From a virus (lineage: Duplodnaviria; Caudoviricetes), in IMG/VR virus record IMGVR_UViG_3300037755_000886, positions 19,820-83,819 of that record: a stretch of 64,000 bases of DNA; one strand, written 5' to 3'. Below, in pieces: positions 50,876 to 60,536 of the stretch. A program made the position numbers and the translations under genes. The notes under the pieces were generated by a model. The model saw only the letters and a list, made by a program, of their open reading frames with translations, was not told the DNA's origin and searched no databases. Position 1 is the first letter of the stretch. Each line of letters opens with the position of its first letter.

Positions 50876-53620
50876 TCAGGACGCCCAGGGCATCGACTGG
50901 CCTTGCCGCTCAGCGGCCACCAGCTGCCGGACGATCACCCGGCCCAACTCCTCCTGCTGGCCCACGTAGCCGTTGACGACCACCTGGACCGTCGGGGCTG
51001 CCGGCGCCGACCTGCCGCGGGCTATGTCGGCGAGGTGTCCGCCCAGCGCCGCCTGATCCCACCGGCCATGCCCGGCATAGAACTCGACGCCCGGCGTGCC
51101 GAACGACGACACCAACTGGCGACGATTCTCCATTCCCGAACCGACCGACAGCCACTTCGTATAGTCGTCGCTCATCCCCGCAAATGACAGATCCTCATAC
51201 ACCTGACCACCGGCCTGGATAGTGCGGAGCAGCTCGGCTGACGCGTCCGCGACCCCGTACGTCTTCGCCGTGACCTGCTTCATCATCGAGTCGATCGCCC
51301 GCTGCAACACAGGGGCTCGCCGGGTCAACCCGAGCTCGATGCCTTGTACTACCGAATCACCAATGGGCACCATGACCATGGCCGGCGAACCACCCTTGAT
51401 CGCCGACAGGAACCCACTGACGAGCCCCCCGGCGAACTCTTTGATCTTGCCCCACAGCCAACCGGCCGCCCCCGAGATGCCGGCCCAGATGCCCTCCATG
51501 ATGGACTGCCCGATCGACAGCAGTCCCCCGAGCGCACCCGAGATGCGGCCGGGGATCGACGCGATGAAGTCGTACAGGACCGACGCCACCCGACCCAACC
51601 AGCCGGGCATCTGTCCCGCGAGGTTGGCCACCCAGCCCGAGAACGCGGTCAGCCAGCTCCACAGCTGACCCGGCAGTGCCGCGGCTGTACTCGACACCCA
51701 TCCCCAGATGCTCGACGCCACACTGACCAGCCAGCCGCCGATATTCGACGCGACAGACACCACCCAGTTGGCGAACTGCATATACCACGCGAACAACTGG
51801 CCCGGCAGAGTCGTGGCCACGTTGAATAACCAGTTCCACAAGCCCACAGCGATACTGGCCAGCCAACCCGGGAAGGCGACTATGAGGCCCGCCGCCCAAT
51901 TGGAGAACGCCAGACCCCACCCGGCGAGAGCGACAACCAGATTGACGACCTGACCGGCGATCCATCCGATGATGAACCCGGCCAGGAAAGCGAGCTGACC
52001 GGGCAGGTTGATGATCGCGTCGGTCACCCATGACATGAACGCCGTGTACCAGCCAGCAATCAGACCCGGGAGCGCCACCGCGGTCGACACCACCCACGTC
52101 GAAATCGTCGTCCACAGGTTCGACAGGAACCCGATGACGATACCGGGGAGCGACTCGAACCATTCGACGACCGCTCCCAGTGCCTCGGGGATGTTGCCGA
52201 ACCAGCCCCCCAGATTCGACGCGAACTCGGCGACCTTGCCCGCCAGGTTCACGATGGTCGGCACCAGCGTCCCGGAGATCCACGCCCCGGCCGGGACCAA
52301 CACCGTGTTCCACACCCACAGCAGCGCCTGGCCGACCGCGTCCACCGCGGTGCGGAAGAACCCCCAGTGGTTGTACGCCCAGATCACGCCGGCGATCAGC
52401 CCGGTGATCGCGGCGCCGACCAGCAGCAGCGGCCACGTCGCGGCGATCATTGCGGCGGCGAACGCGTACGCCTCGATGACGAGCGGGATCATTGCCGCAG
52501 TCAGCGCGTAGACGGCATACACCATGCCGACAGCGATCTCGACCTTCAGCGCCGACAGGATCTCCTGGTGGGAGTCGAGCCAGCCGAGGGTGGCCTGCAC
52601 CGCCCCAAACGCGTCATCCCACGCCGTGCGCAACCCCGACAATGCCGGGCCCGCCACGAACGCGACGATCGAATCGAAAATGGGACGCAGCACGATGGCG
52701 GCCCGCTCCATGAACCCGGCGAACCCGGATGACGTAAGCCCGTTGCTGGCGTCCATCCACGTCGCGGCGAAGGCCTGCACGCCGCCGACGACCTCAGCGA
52801 ACATCGGCGTGAGCGCATCGAGTACCGGCGGCAGCTTCTCGCCCAGCCAGGTCGTCACCTGCTCCACAATCGGGATGAGCATGGTCCCGATCGCTTCCTG
52901 GAAGTTGCCGATCTTGACCTTGAGCTTGTCGAGCGGGGTGCCCGCGGCCTCGGCCGCACCACCGAACTCTTTGGCCAGTTCAGCGAGGATGATCTTCTGG
53001 GCGCCGAGCGTGTCGCCCGCCTCGACCATCGCCTTGATCTGTTCTTTTTGCTGCTCAGTGAACGACACACCCGACTTCGACAAGGCCGTAATGCCCTTGA
53101 TCGGATCATTGAGTGCCTTGCCAAGCTGGATAGACGCACCGGCGGCATCCGTGCCCAACGCAGTCGCCATGTCCAATGCAAGGCCGATAGATTGATTGAA
53201 CACATCATTGCCTTCACCGGCCACGTTCTTAACCGAAGTGAACGTCAACATGAGGTTCGCTGAGCTTTGGATTAGCTCATCATCGGCACCCGTCAGGTCC
53301 GATATGGTCCCCGCTAACTCGCCAACCTGGTCCGCGGTAATGTTCGCGGCGCCGCCCGTAGTCTTGATCACCCGCTCGGTTTCACGGGCAATCTTCGCGG
53401 ACTCTTCAGCGGCCTGCCACGCTCCTGTCAACGCGACACCGATGCCGACGACACCGGCCGTGGCCGCGGCACCGATCGCCAGCGCGCCCTTCCCGAGCGC
53501 GCCCGTCATGCGGTCAGCGAGACTCTCCGCTCCCTCCTCGGTATCGGACATGGCGTCCTTGGCGCCCTTGTTCTCACCGCCGATGACCACCTTGAGGACA
53601 CGCTCGATACCCACGAGCAC
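50876..53620 (-). CDS. Tape measure protein
   Basis: 914 aa A/G-rich helical; QLGKALNDP.KG..AL; W/F periodic repeats; position after TAC. Confidence 0.92.
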   Translation of the reverse strand: MLVGIERVLKVVIGGENKGAKDAMSDTEEGAESLADRMTGALGKGALAIGAAATAGVVGIGVALTGAWQAAEESAKIARETERVIKTTGGAANITADQVGELAGTISDLTGADDELIQSSANLMLTFTSVKNVAGEGNDVFNQSIGLALDMATALGTDAAGASIQLGKALNDPIKGITALSKSGVSFTEQQKEQIKAMVEAGDTLGAQKIILAELAKEFGGAAEAAGTPLDKLKVKIGNFQEAIGTMLIPIVEQVTTWLGEKLPPVLDALTPMFAEVVGGVQAFAATWMDASNGLTSSGFAGFMERAAIVLRPIFDSIVAFVAGPALSGLRTAWDDAFGAVQATLGWLDSHQEILSALKVEIAVGMVYAVYALTAAMIPLVIEAYAFAAAMIAATWPLLLVGAAITGLIAGVIWAYNHWGFFRTAVDAVGQALLWVWNTVLVPAGAWISGTLVPTIVNLAGKVAEFASNLGGWFGNIPEALGAVVEWFESLPGIVIGFLSNLWTTISTWVVSTAVALPGLIAGWYTAFMSWVTDAIINLPGQLAFLAGFIIGWIAGQVVNLVVALAGWGLAFSNWAAGLIVAFPGWLASIAVGLWNWLFNVATTLPGQLFAWYMQFANWVVSVASNIGGWLVSVASSIWGWVSSTAAALPGQLWSWLTAFSGWVANLAGQMPGWLGRVASVLYDFIASIPGRISGALGGLLSIGQSIMEGIWAGISGAAGWLWGKIKEFAGGLVSGFLSAIKGGSPAMVMVPIGDSVVQGIELGLTRRAPVLQRAIDSMMKQVTAKTYGVADASAELLRTIQAGGQVYEDLSFAGMSDDYTKWLSVGSGMENRRQLVSSFGTPGVEFYAGHGRWDQAALGGHLADIARGRSAPAAPTVQVVVNGYVGQQEELGRVIVRQLVAAERQGQSMPWAS

Positions 53621-53634
53621 CTCCCATCAGCGGT

Positions 53635-53795
53635 TCACCGTGACCGGCTCGACTCGCGGTCGATCTCGCGGGCCGCCTCGACATAGCGGTCCAGCTCGGC
53701 GACCGACAGGCGGTCGACGTCCCACGGGTGCAACCCGAAGTGGTAGGAGAGGGCCGGCCAGCTCTCGTGCAGAGCGGCCCTCAGGATTGGGGGTC
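53635..53795 (-). CDS. Tail assembly chaperone frameshift extension (gpGT-like)
   Basis: -1 frame relative to TAC at CCCCC run 53793-53789; ends LSYHFGLHPWDVDRLSVAELDRY. Confidence 0.65.
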
Positions 53796-54244
53796 GTTGA
53801 CCTCGGCCGGCTCGACAGGATCGACCGGCGCGCCCCACCCGTCCACGGCCACGTCCACGGCGGTGTCTTCGTCGACGATGACCTCGCCGTCGTCGCCGAG
53901 TTTGCGGCCCTGGAGGTCCTCGGCCCACAACTCGATGTCGCCCTCCTCCAGGTCCTCGGGCCACGACCGTTGGAACTGCGCCCACGAGAGCGACCGCTCA
54001 CCGTTCAAACGGCGGGACAGCCACACGAACACCGCGGTGGACAGCATCCCGTCCTCGCTCCGCAGGATCGTGTCGTAGGACACGCCCACCTGTTTCAGCA
54101 CGACGGGGCGCTGCTCGAGCGGCAGGTTGGCGGCGGCGATCCGGTAGGTGTCGTCGGTGCGCACCATGCGCACCACCACGATCCGTTTCGCCGAGGTCGC
54201 CGCGTCATTGCGGGCGGACACGCCGGGCGTGGGTGCGTGAGCCA
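53781..54244 (-). CDS. Tail assembly chaperone (gpG-like)
   Basis: Position before TMP; GAGAAGGAG RBS. Confidence 0.7.
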
Positions 54245-54256
54245 TAGCCCTCCTTC

Positions 54257-54730
54257 TCAGTCGGGGAACGCGGCGGCGGTCAGGTCGGTGACCATGTCGA
54301 GGTACCACTCGTCGATCTCGGAGAGCATGTCGGCGATGGTGTCATTGATGGCGTACGGGCCCTGACCGCTGACACCCGGCTCCCAGCTGTTGCCGACCCA
54401 CACGGGATGCTGCCGCGGCGAGGCGGAGTAGCGGGCCGCGGCGTACCAGCCGGTGTGGCGCAGGGTGCCCCAGAACGCGGCGCCGGCAATCCCGCCGGAC
54501 GGGGCACCGACCGACGTTGAGGTGGCCGTCGCGTAGCCCTTGATGGAGCCGGCCGCCTTCGCCTGCACGCCACCCATCCCGGAGGCGACACCCCGGGCCC
54601 GGTCGGCGACATCGGAGGCCAGTTGCTTCTGGAGCTTCTGCATGACCTTCGGCCACCCGGCGTCGACCGCCTTCAGCTCCTTGCGGAACTCCTTGAGTCC
54701 CTGAACGTCGACTGCCGCCTTGCCGGCCAT
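54257..54730 (-). CDS. HK97 gp10-like neck/tail protein
   Basis: VDVQGLKEFRKELK. Confidence 0.65.
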   Translation of the reverse strand: MAGKAAVDVQGLKEFRKELKAVDAGWPKVMQKLQKQLASDVADRARGVASGMGGVQAKAAGSIKGYATATSTSVGAPSGGIAGAAFWGTLRHTGWYAAARYSASPRQHPVWVGNSWEPGVSGQGPYAINDTIADMLSEIDEWYLDMVTDLTAAAFPD

Positions 54731-55917
54731 TACGGCGTGACATCCGCCGACACGACCACCACCGAGAAGGCTGCGGCGTCGGTGGCTCCCGTGCACTTCA
54801 CCGGCACCGACTGCGGGACGATCCCCCGCCCCGCCAACCGGGGGGAGTCACCGTCGACCCTGACCGTCTGGGTGAACGTCACCGACTCGGTGGCCGCGTT
54901 CTGGAATCGGGTCACCAGCGAGTAGGTGCCCTCCGAGATGAACCGGTTGTACATCGCCCTGTCGGTGAACTCGATCTCCAACTGGCCCGTCAGCTCATGC
55001 AGGTCCGCTTCGAGCGGCTGGCTGCGGGTGCGCGACCCGATGAAGAACCGGTCCATGTCCAGACCGTTCTTCCCGGCGAGCTTCAACTCCTTCACCGGCA
55101 ACAGTGAGCCGCCGAACGTGATGCTGCCGTGGGTGTACTTGAACGGCGACAGCGACGGCGTCGACGGGAACGACGCTGCCGCCAGCGGGATCCCGATCGT
55201 GAACACGATCGACGCTCCGGTAGCTGACGCGTTCACCGGGGTGTTCACCGTGTTCGAGCTCGACAACCCGACCGACGTCGCCGAGTTCACGACACCCACA
55301 TAGGTCAGCGCCGGGATCCCGGTGCCGGAGATCGGCTTGAACAGGTCGTCCGGGCCGAACGCCGCAGTGGCACTGGTAACCGTCGGCGAACCCGAAGTCG
55401 TCACCCCATCCGAGACCGTCCGATGCCCGGTCTCGGTCATCCCCGCGAACGTGACGCCGAGCGTGACGATCTCGCCGGCCTTGCACGCGATCTCCCACTC
55501 CTCGACCATCATCCCCGCGTAGGTCATCGGGTGCACGACCCCGGCGACGCCCGGGACGCCCTTCTGCACGGTTAGCGGTCGCGGCTCACCGACCGCCGAC
55601 CACGTGTGGGTGTAGAGCAGCGACACCGGGCCCGTGGTGCTGGTGACCGTCCCGAACATGCCGGTGAACAACTTGCCGAGCCCGCGGTTGTACAGCTCGT
55701 GGCCGACGTCGCCGCCGACCTCGACGTTCCCGCCGTTCCACATCGAAGCGTCGAGGACACGCCGCCCGGCGATGATCCCCTCCGACTCGACCCGCCCCCG
55801 CTTCTGTTCGAGCTTCTCGTTGACGAGCGGCACGAACTGGGTGGGCGTCACCGCCAGCCCGGCCGTCACCTCAAGGGCGTAGCCGATTTGACCGGCAATG
55901 CCAGATCCGATGGGCAT
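54730..55917 (-). CDS. Major tail protein
   Basis: GSGIAGQIGYALE...LEADLHELTGQLEIEF; internal beta insert. Confidence 0.8.
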   Translation of the reverse strand: MPIGSGIAGQIGYALEVTAGLAVTPTQFVPLVNEKLEQKRGRVESEGIIAGRRVLDASMWNGGNVEVGGDVGHELYNRGLGKLFTGMFGTVTSTTGPVSLLYTHTWSAVGEPRPLTVQKGVPGVAGVVHPMTYAGMMVEEWEIACKAGEIVTLGVTFAGMTETGHRTVSDGVTTSGSPTVTSATAAFGPDDLFKPISGTGIPALTYVGVVNSATSVGLSSSNTVNTPVNASATGASIVFTIGIPLAAASFPSTPSLSPFKYTHGSITFGGSLLPVKELKLAGKNGLDMDRFFIGSRTRSQPLEADLHELTGQLEIEFTDRAMYNRFISEGTYSLVTRFQNAATESVTFTQTVRVDGDSPRLAGRGIVPQSVPVKCTGATDAAAFSVVVVSADVTP

Positions 55918-56008
55918 GGGGCCCTCCTCAAGGCGAACGCGAAGAGACCCCTGGCCAGGCGGCGGAGGGTCTCTGATCTTTCGATGGGTGGCCCGGGCGG
56001 GCCGCGGT

Positions 56009-56209
56009 CTACTTGCCGGTGCCGGCCTTCGCCGGCGCGGCCTTCTTCGGCGTCTCCCAGCCCTGCGCCCGCAGCGACACCGCGGTCGCCGGGTCCACGT
56101 CGACGACGTCACCGGCCTTCACGCGGTCGCTGATGGCCACGACGTACAGGTCGGCGGGAGCGATCACCTGCTCAAGCTCAGGCGCCTCGGCAGTCGTCTC
56201 ATCGGCCAT
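56009..56209 (-). CDS. Small head-tail protein
   Basis: KAGDVVDVD...A.SL.AQGW, basic tail. Confidence 0.55.
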   Translation of the reverse strand: MADETTAEAPELEQVIAPADLYVVAISDRVKAGDVVDVDPATAVSLRAQGWETPKKAAPAKAGTGK

Positions 56210-56219
56210 GGGTGACTCC

Positions 56220-56690
56220 TCAGTCATAGCGGGCGTGCACCGGAAACTCGATCTGGATCAGCTGGAAGAAGAACCCGGTCTGCGGCTGCCACGCCGGCTG
56301 CGTCGTCCGTGTCGCCGTCCGGGTCTCGGTGCCGCCGAACGAGATGATGCCGGCCATGTCGTCCAGGTCCGGGTTCGTCGCCGGGATCTCCTCGACACCC
56401 CACGCCAGGGCGTCGGCCCGGTCCTCGACGTCGTCCAGGTCGGTGTCGAACACCTCGACCCACACCCGGACCGTGAACTCCTCGTCACGCCACACCCTGC
56501 CCGCGACGCTGCCGATGAACTTCGCGGCTGCCGACGCCGGCGACTGGCCGGGCAGGACCGTCAGACGCTGCCCCTCCGGTGGATCTGACAGCAGCGACCG
56601 GACGACGGTCGTGTCGGGGAACGTCGCCTGCAAGATGTCGGCGAGAGCCCGGCGGACGGCCGTCTCGATGTTCTGCGGGGCGAGCGACAC
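56220..56690 (-). CDS. Tail terminator-like protein
   Basis: Position; RDEEFTVRVWVEV...D. Confidence 0.65.
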   Translation of the reverse strand: MSLAPQNIETAVRRALADILQATFPDTTVVRSLLSDPPEGQRLTVLPGQSPASAAAKFIGSVAGRVWRDEEFTVRVWVEVFDTDLDDVEDRADALAWGVEEIPATNPDLDDMAGIISFGGTETRTATRTTQPAWQPQTGFFFQLIQIEFPVHARYD

Positions 56691-56692
56691 GG

Positions 56693-57316
56693 CTACGCAA
56701 ACGTCGGCATCGCGTAGTTGGGCAGCTGGTTGAGCAGCCGGTCGATCTCCAGGTAGCCGGTCGGGCGGCCCTGGTCCTTGTTCGGTGTGCTGTACCGGCT
56801 GGTCATCCCGTCCGCTGAACTGGCGATGATCTCGCGCGGCACCGACGACCGGTCAGCGATAGCGCAGATGCGCACGTACTCGCGGCACGCCCGCAGCAAC
56901 GGCGCACCAGGCGAACCCGGTGGTCCGGTCGACGTGGGCACGTCGTAGCCGTGCGAGTAGGTCGTCACGGCCTGGGCTGTCGGGTAGGCGCCGCCGGTGA
57001 TGAACCCGGTCGTCGACTCGATCCACCCGGCCTCGGTCACCCGGTACGTCGTCGACGAGATCGTGACCCCGTCGACGACGAGCGACGCCACCGACCGCAC
57101 CCTCGGATAGTTGAGGACGATCGCGGTGGCTCCCGGGTAGATCGTCTGGGTCTCGACCTCCGTCCTCGGCGTGAACGCGACCCCGCGGTAGTCCTCGGCG
57201 AGCCACTCGAACTCGGCGACCAGATCAGCGAGCGTCTGATCGGGGTACTTGGATGGGTCCGCGAGAGCAGGGACCGCGGCCCGGATCGTCGCCGGCGCGA
57301 GGTACGGGGTTGCCAT
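56693..57316 (-). CDS. Head-to-tail adaptor
   Basis: YRGVAF..R...L.YP.V.SVASL...VTYSHGY. Confidence 0.75.
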   Translation of the reverse strand: MATPYLAPATIRAAVPALADPSKYPDQTLADLVAEFEWLAEDYRGVAFTPRTEVETQTIYPGATAIVLNYPRVRSVASLVVDGVTISSTTYRVTEAGWIESTTGFITGGAYPTAQAVTTYSHGYDVPTSTGPPGSPGAPLLRACREYVRICAIADRSSVPREIIASSADGMTSRYSTPNKDQGRPTGYLEIDRLLNQLPNYAMPTFA

Positions 57317-57368
57317 GGGACTCCCCTCTCACGTGCCGACGGGGCGCGGACACCCGGGACTCAGCCGG

Positions 57369-57686
57369 TCAGCGGACCGAGGCGCGCTTGCGTGCCGTGG
57401 CCGCCGTCTCCTTGGTCGTCGGGGCCGTGGCGGTCTCGCGTGCAGTTGACGCCGTGGCCTGCTCGGCGTCGTCGGGATCGACCGTCGCGGTCTCGCCGCC
57501 CTCGTCGACCGTACGCTCCTCTGGTGCGGGCGCTACCACAGGCGCCGGGAGGGTGCGCATGAGCGCCTGCACCCGGGGCGTGATCAGGCCGCCCTTGGCG
57601 ACGATCAGGCGTCCCTCCACCGGTTCGGACTCCACGAGCCGGCCCGCGGAATCGACCCACAGGCCCGTCTTGCTGACGTCTGCCAT
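57369..57686 (-). CDS. Virion-associated hypothetical protein
   Basis: Position after capsid; RLIVAKGG. Confidence 0.6.
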   Translation of the reverse strand: MADVSKTGLWVDSAGRLVESEPVEGRLIVAKGGLITPRVQALMRTLPAPVVAPAPEERTVDEGGETATVDPDDAEQATASTARETATAPTTKETAATARKRASVR

Positions 57687-57699
57687 GGTGACCTCCCGG

Positions 57700-58263
57700 T
57701 CAGGTGAGGATCACGAGTGGCTCGGTGGCCACCGTGGTCGGGCTGGCGATCGTCGCCGGGGCCGTGGTCGTGAGCGCCGAACCCGAGGTTTGCACGAGCA
57801 CCTTCGAGGAGAGGATCGCCGCGGCGGCGCCGGCGATGCCGACCGACTTGCCGACCAGCGTCGGTGGAGTCGTCGCCGTGACCATGAGGCCGACGTAATA
57901 GACGCCGGCGACCGTGATCAGCTGGGGCGTCGCCAGAGCGAGCGTCTTCACCGTGTTCGCGGCCCACGCCGCCGTCGCCTGGTCGGCTGACTGGGCGAGC
58001 AGCGCCGGCGTGGCCGCGGCCGAGTACAGGGCGAACCAGTACGCCGTGGGCGTGCCGGCGGCCGTGGCGCCGCTCTTGACGGTGATGTTCGTGACGAGAT
58101 CACCGACCTGGAGGGGCATCGCGACAGAAGTCATGACGCCTGTGGCGAGCGCGGTCAGGTCGGCTCCGCAGTCGAGCTGGCGGATGTTCTGGGTGCGGAA
58201 CCCTACGGGCGAACCTTCGAGGAGCCACTCGGGGTCGGATACGGGCGGGTAGCGGGTGGCCAT
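57700..58263 (-). CDS. Capsid decoration-like protein
   Basis: Position after MCP; beta-rich. Confidence 0.55.
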   Translation of the reverse strand: MATRYPPVSDPEWLLEGSPVGFRTQNIRQLDCGADLTALATGVMTSVAMPLQVGDLVTNITVKSGATAAGTPTAYWFALYSAAATPALLAQSADQATAAWAANTVKTLALATPQLITVAGVYYVGLMVTATTPPTLVGKSVGIAGAAAAILSSKVLVQTSGSALTTTAPATIASPTTVATEPLVILT

Positions 58264-58364
58264 GAATCTGGTCCTTTGCGGGTTGCGAGATGGCGGGCGC
58301 CGACGTGCCGGATGTCGTGGTGACCGCTTCGTCACCACGATCTGGATAGTGGTTGTCGCAGGAC

Positions 58365-59654
58365 CTAGGCGGACCCGTTAAACGTAAGGCGGCAGACTCC
58401 CGCCGGATCGAAAAGTCCGAGGCCGAGACGCACCTGGAGCATCAGCGTCAGGATCGACACCGTGAAGTTGCCGCCGTGGCTGTCGGTCATGTAGGCCATC
58501 GGCTGCTGGCGGTCGAACAGCGCCGCGTGCATCGGGTCGACCAGCATGGCGGTGCCCGCCGTGATCGCCGTCGACCGCACCTGCGTGAGTCCCCACGCCG
58601 AGCGCGGCCCGCGATTGACCATGCCGCCGTCGGCGTCCATCGCGTGCAGGCCAGCGGTCGCCTCGTTCGACAGGTCGAACAGCTCTGCGTCGGCCGGGTT
58701 CAACACGATCATCTCGTAGATCGCCTCGGCGTCCTCACCCAGCCGGATCGCATGGCGGATCGACTTGTAGCGGGCCTCGGCACTGCCGGGCGCGTAGGTC
58801 ACGATCCCGGAGCGGTTGATCAGCCCGAGGAGGTTCTCGCCGATACCGTCGCCGGAGATGGCCTGAGCATCCGACACCCGGTGCAACCCGTACCGCATCC
58901 GGCCGTCGAGATAGCCCTGGACCTGGGGCACGTCCGCGGCCGCCTGGCGGGTGATCTGGGCGAACACGGGGATCGTGGCCGTCGGCTCCTGGATGATCTG
59001 GAACGTCACGCCCCCCTGCGGGGCCGTGCCACCCTCGCTTGTTGGGGTCGGCCGGTTCGCCATGTCAGCCAGCGGCGACGTGTCCTGGACGTACTCGATG
59101 GTCCCGTTCGTCACCGGGATCGACGGCAGCATGTCGAGGAAGAACACGCGCCGGTCGAGGAAGTCCTGGCCGACACGGTCGAGGCGCTGCGGCCGCGTCA
59201 GCGCACCACCCGACGTTGGTCCGGTAGTGGTATCGGTGACGGCGCGGTATTCGAGGCCGGCCAGGTCGACGGTGTGCTGGCCGTGCCCGCCACGCTGGAT
59301 CCATGAGCGGTACTCGTCGTTGTCCGCGAACCGCTGACCAATCGATCGGGTGTCGGGCCCGACGACCTCGCCGGTGCGCCGGTCGAGTAGCGAACCGAGC
59401 ATCGACTCGACACCGGAGGTGATCTGCTGCTCGCGCACCTCCAGCTCGAGCTGGGCGACGATGCGATCGTCGACCGTCTGCAGCTCAGTGCGGAGCTCGC
59501 CGATCTTGGCCTCTTCGGCCTCGGTGTAGGCGCGCAGCTCGTTGGTGTCAGCGTTGGTGACGGTGGCCTCGTCGATCTGACGGAGCTCGCCCTGGATGTC
59601 GCGGCGGCGGGAGAAGTTGGCCTTGACGATGTCGAGCATCGAAGTGGCGGGCAT
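58365..59654 (-). CDS. Major capsid protein (HK97 fold with N-terminal delta domain)
   Basis: Coiled-coil N-terminus; EGGTAPQ; ITRQAAAD; GDGIGENLLG; LNPAD. Confidence 0.92.
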   Translation of the reverse strand: MPATSMLDIVKANFSRRRDIQGELRQIDEATVTNADTNELRAYTEAEEAKIGELRTELQTVDDRIVAQLELEVREQQITSGVESMLGSLLDRRTGEVVGPDTRSIGQRFADNDEYRSWIQRGGHGQHTVDLAGLEYRAVTDTTTGPTSGGALTRPQRLDRVGQDFLDRRVFFLDMLPSIPVTNGTIEYVQDTSPLADMANRPTPTSEGGTAPQGGVTFQIIQEPTATIPVFAQITRQAAADVPQVQGYLDGRMRYGLHRVSDAQAISGDGIGENLLGLINRSGIVTYAPGSAEARYKSIRHAIRLGEDAEAIYEMIVLNPADAELFDLSNEATAGLHAMDADGGMVNRGPRSAWGLTQVRSTAITAGTAMLVDPMHAALFDRQQPMAYMTDSHGGNFTVSILTLMLQVRLGLGLFDPAGVCRLTFNGSA

Positions 59655-59738
59655 GGATGCCTCCAGAAACAGGGGCGCGCTACAGCACGCCCGTGACGGG
59701 TGAACGTCGGAGAGCTCCTGCGCCCGGCGAGTGGCCGG

Positions 59739-60536
59739 TCAGGCGTACAGGTAGGCGTGCCGGTGCCGTGTCACAGCGACGGGGTCGCTGGTGGCCGGGG
59801 CGTCTGCCTGCTCGTCCCGTTGTTCGGGATCGGTTGGTGCCGGCGGGTCGGCCGGCAGATCATGTGTCGGGTCGGCTGGCGTCTCGGGAGCCGGCGCCGG
59901 GGGCGTGATGGGACGCCCGAACGAACGGGTCTCGACCGCTTCGCGCACGTCACCGACGTCGCAGCCGATAGCCGCGGCGAGGGAACGTAGCTGGGCGTCA
60001 GTGTCGGGGTAGGCGGGGAACGTCACCGGGCTGACGTCGATCAACGCCACTTCGAGCAGGGTGCGGGTGATGTTGCCGTCGGCGTCCTCGTGCCACTCCT
60101 GTTCGACCGCTCGGAACCCGAAGCTCGAGCCGGACACGATCCCGAGGCGCACCCACTCGGCGACGCTCCGGCTGACCGGGGTGTTGTTGCCGTCGATCTC
60201 GTAGGCGAGGCCACGGCCGTCGATCGTGAGGCGCAGGGTGCCGCTCTTGATGGAGCCGAGCGGCTCGTAGTCGCTGTGGTTCCACAGCGCCCGGACGTCG
60301 GCCTCGCGGACGGTGCGGTCGAAGGCGTGCGGGTCGATGACCTCGATGATCGTGTAGTCGCACCACGACGGCGCCAGGTTCACCGACGACCGGCCGAACA
60401 CCGCGGCGTAGCCGGCGATCACCGGGAACGACTCGTCGGTCGCGGCCGCCCGGAACTCCATGCGGGACTCGTTGTCCCAGGAGAGCGGCGAACGGCGGCC
60501 CGCCCAGCGGCGCTCCAACAAGTGGCAGGTCGTCAT
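59739..60536 (-). CDS. HK97-type prohead protease
   Basis: GYAAVF, LWNH, SSFGF, LIDVSPVTFPAYPDT. Confidence 0.92.
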   Translation of the reverse strand: MTTCHLLERRWAGRRSPLSWDNESRMEFRAAATDESFPVIAGYAAVFGRSSVNLAPSWCDYTIIEVIDPHAFDRTVREADVRALWNHSDYEPLGSIKSGTLRLTIDGRGLAYEIDGNNTPVSRSVAEWVRLGIVSGSSFGFRAVEQEWHEDADGNITRTLLEVALIDVSPVTFPAYPDTDAQLRSLAAAIGCDVGDVREAVETRSFGRPITPPAPAPETPADPTHDLPADPPAPTDPEQRDEQADAPATSDPVAVTRHRHAYLYA

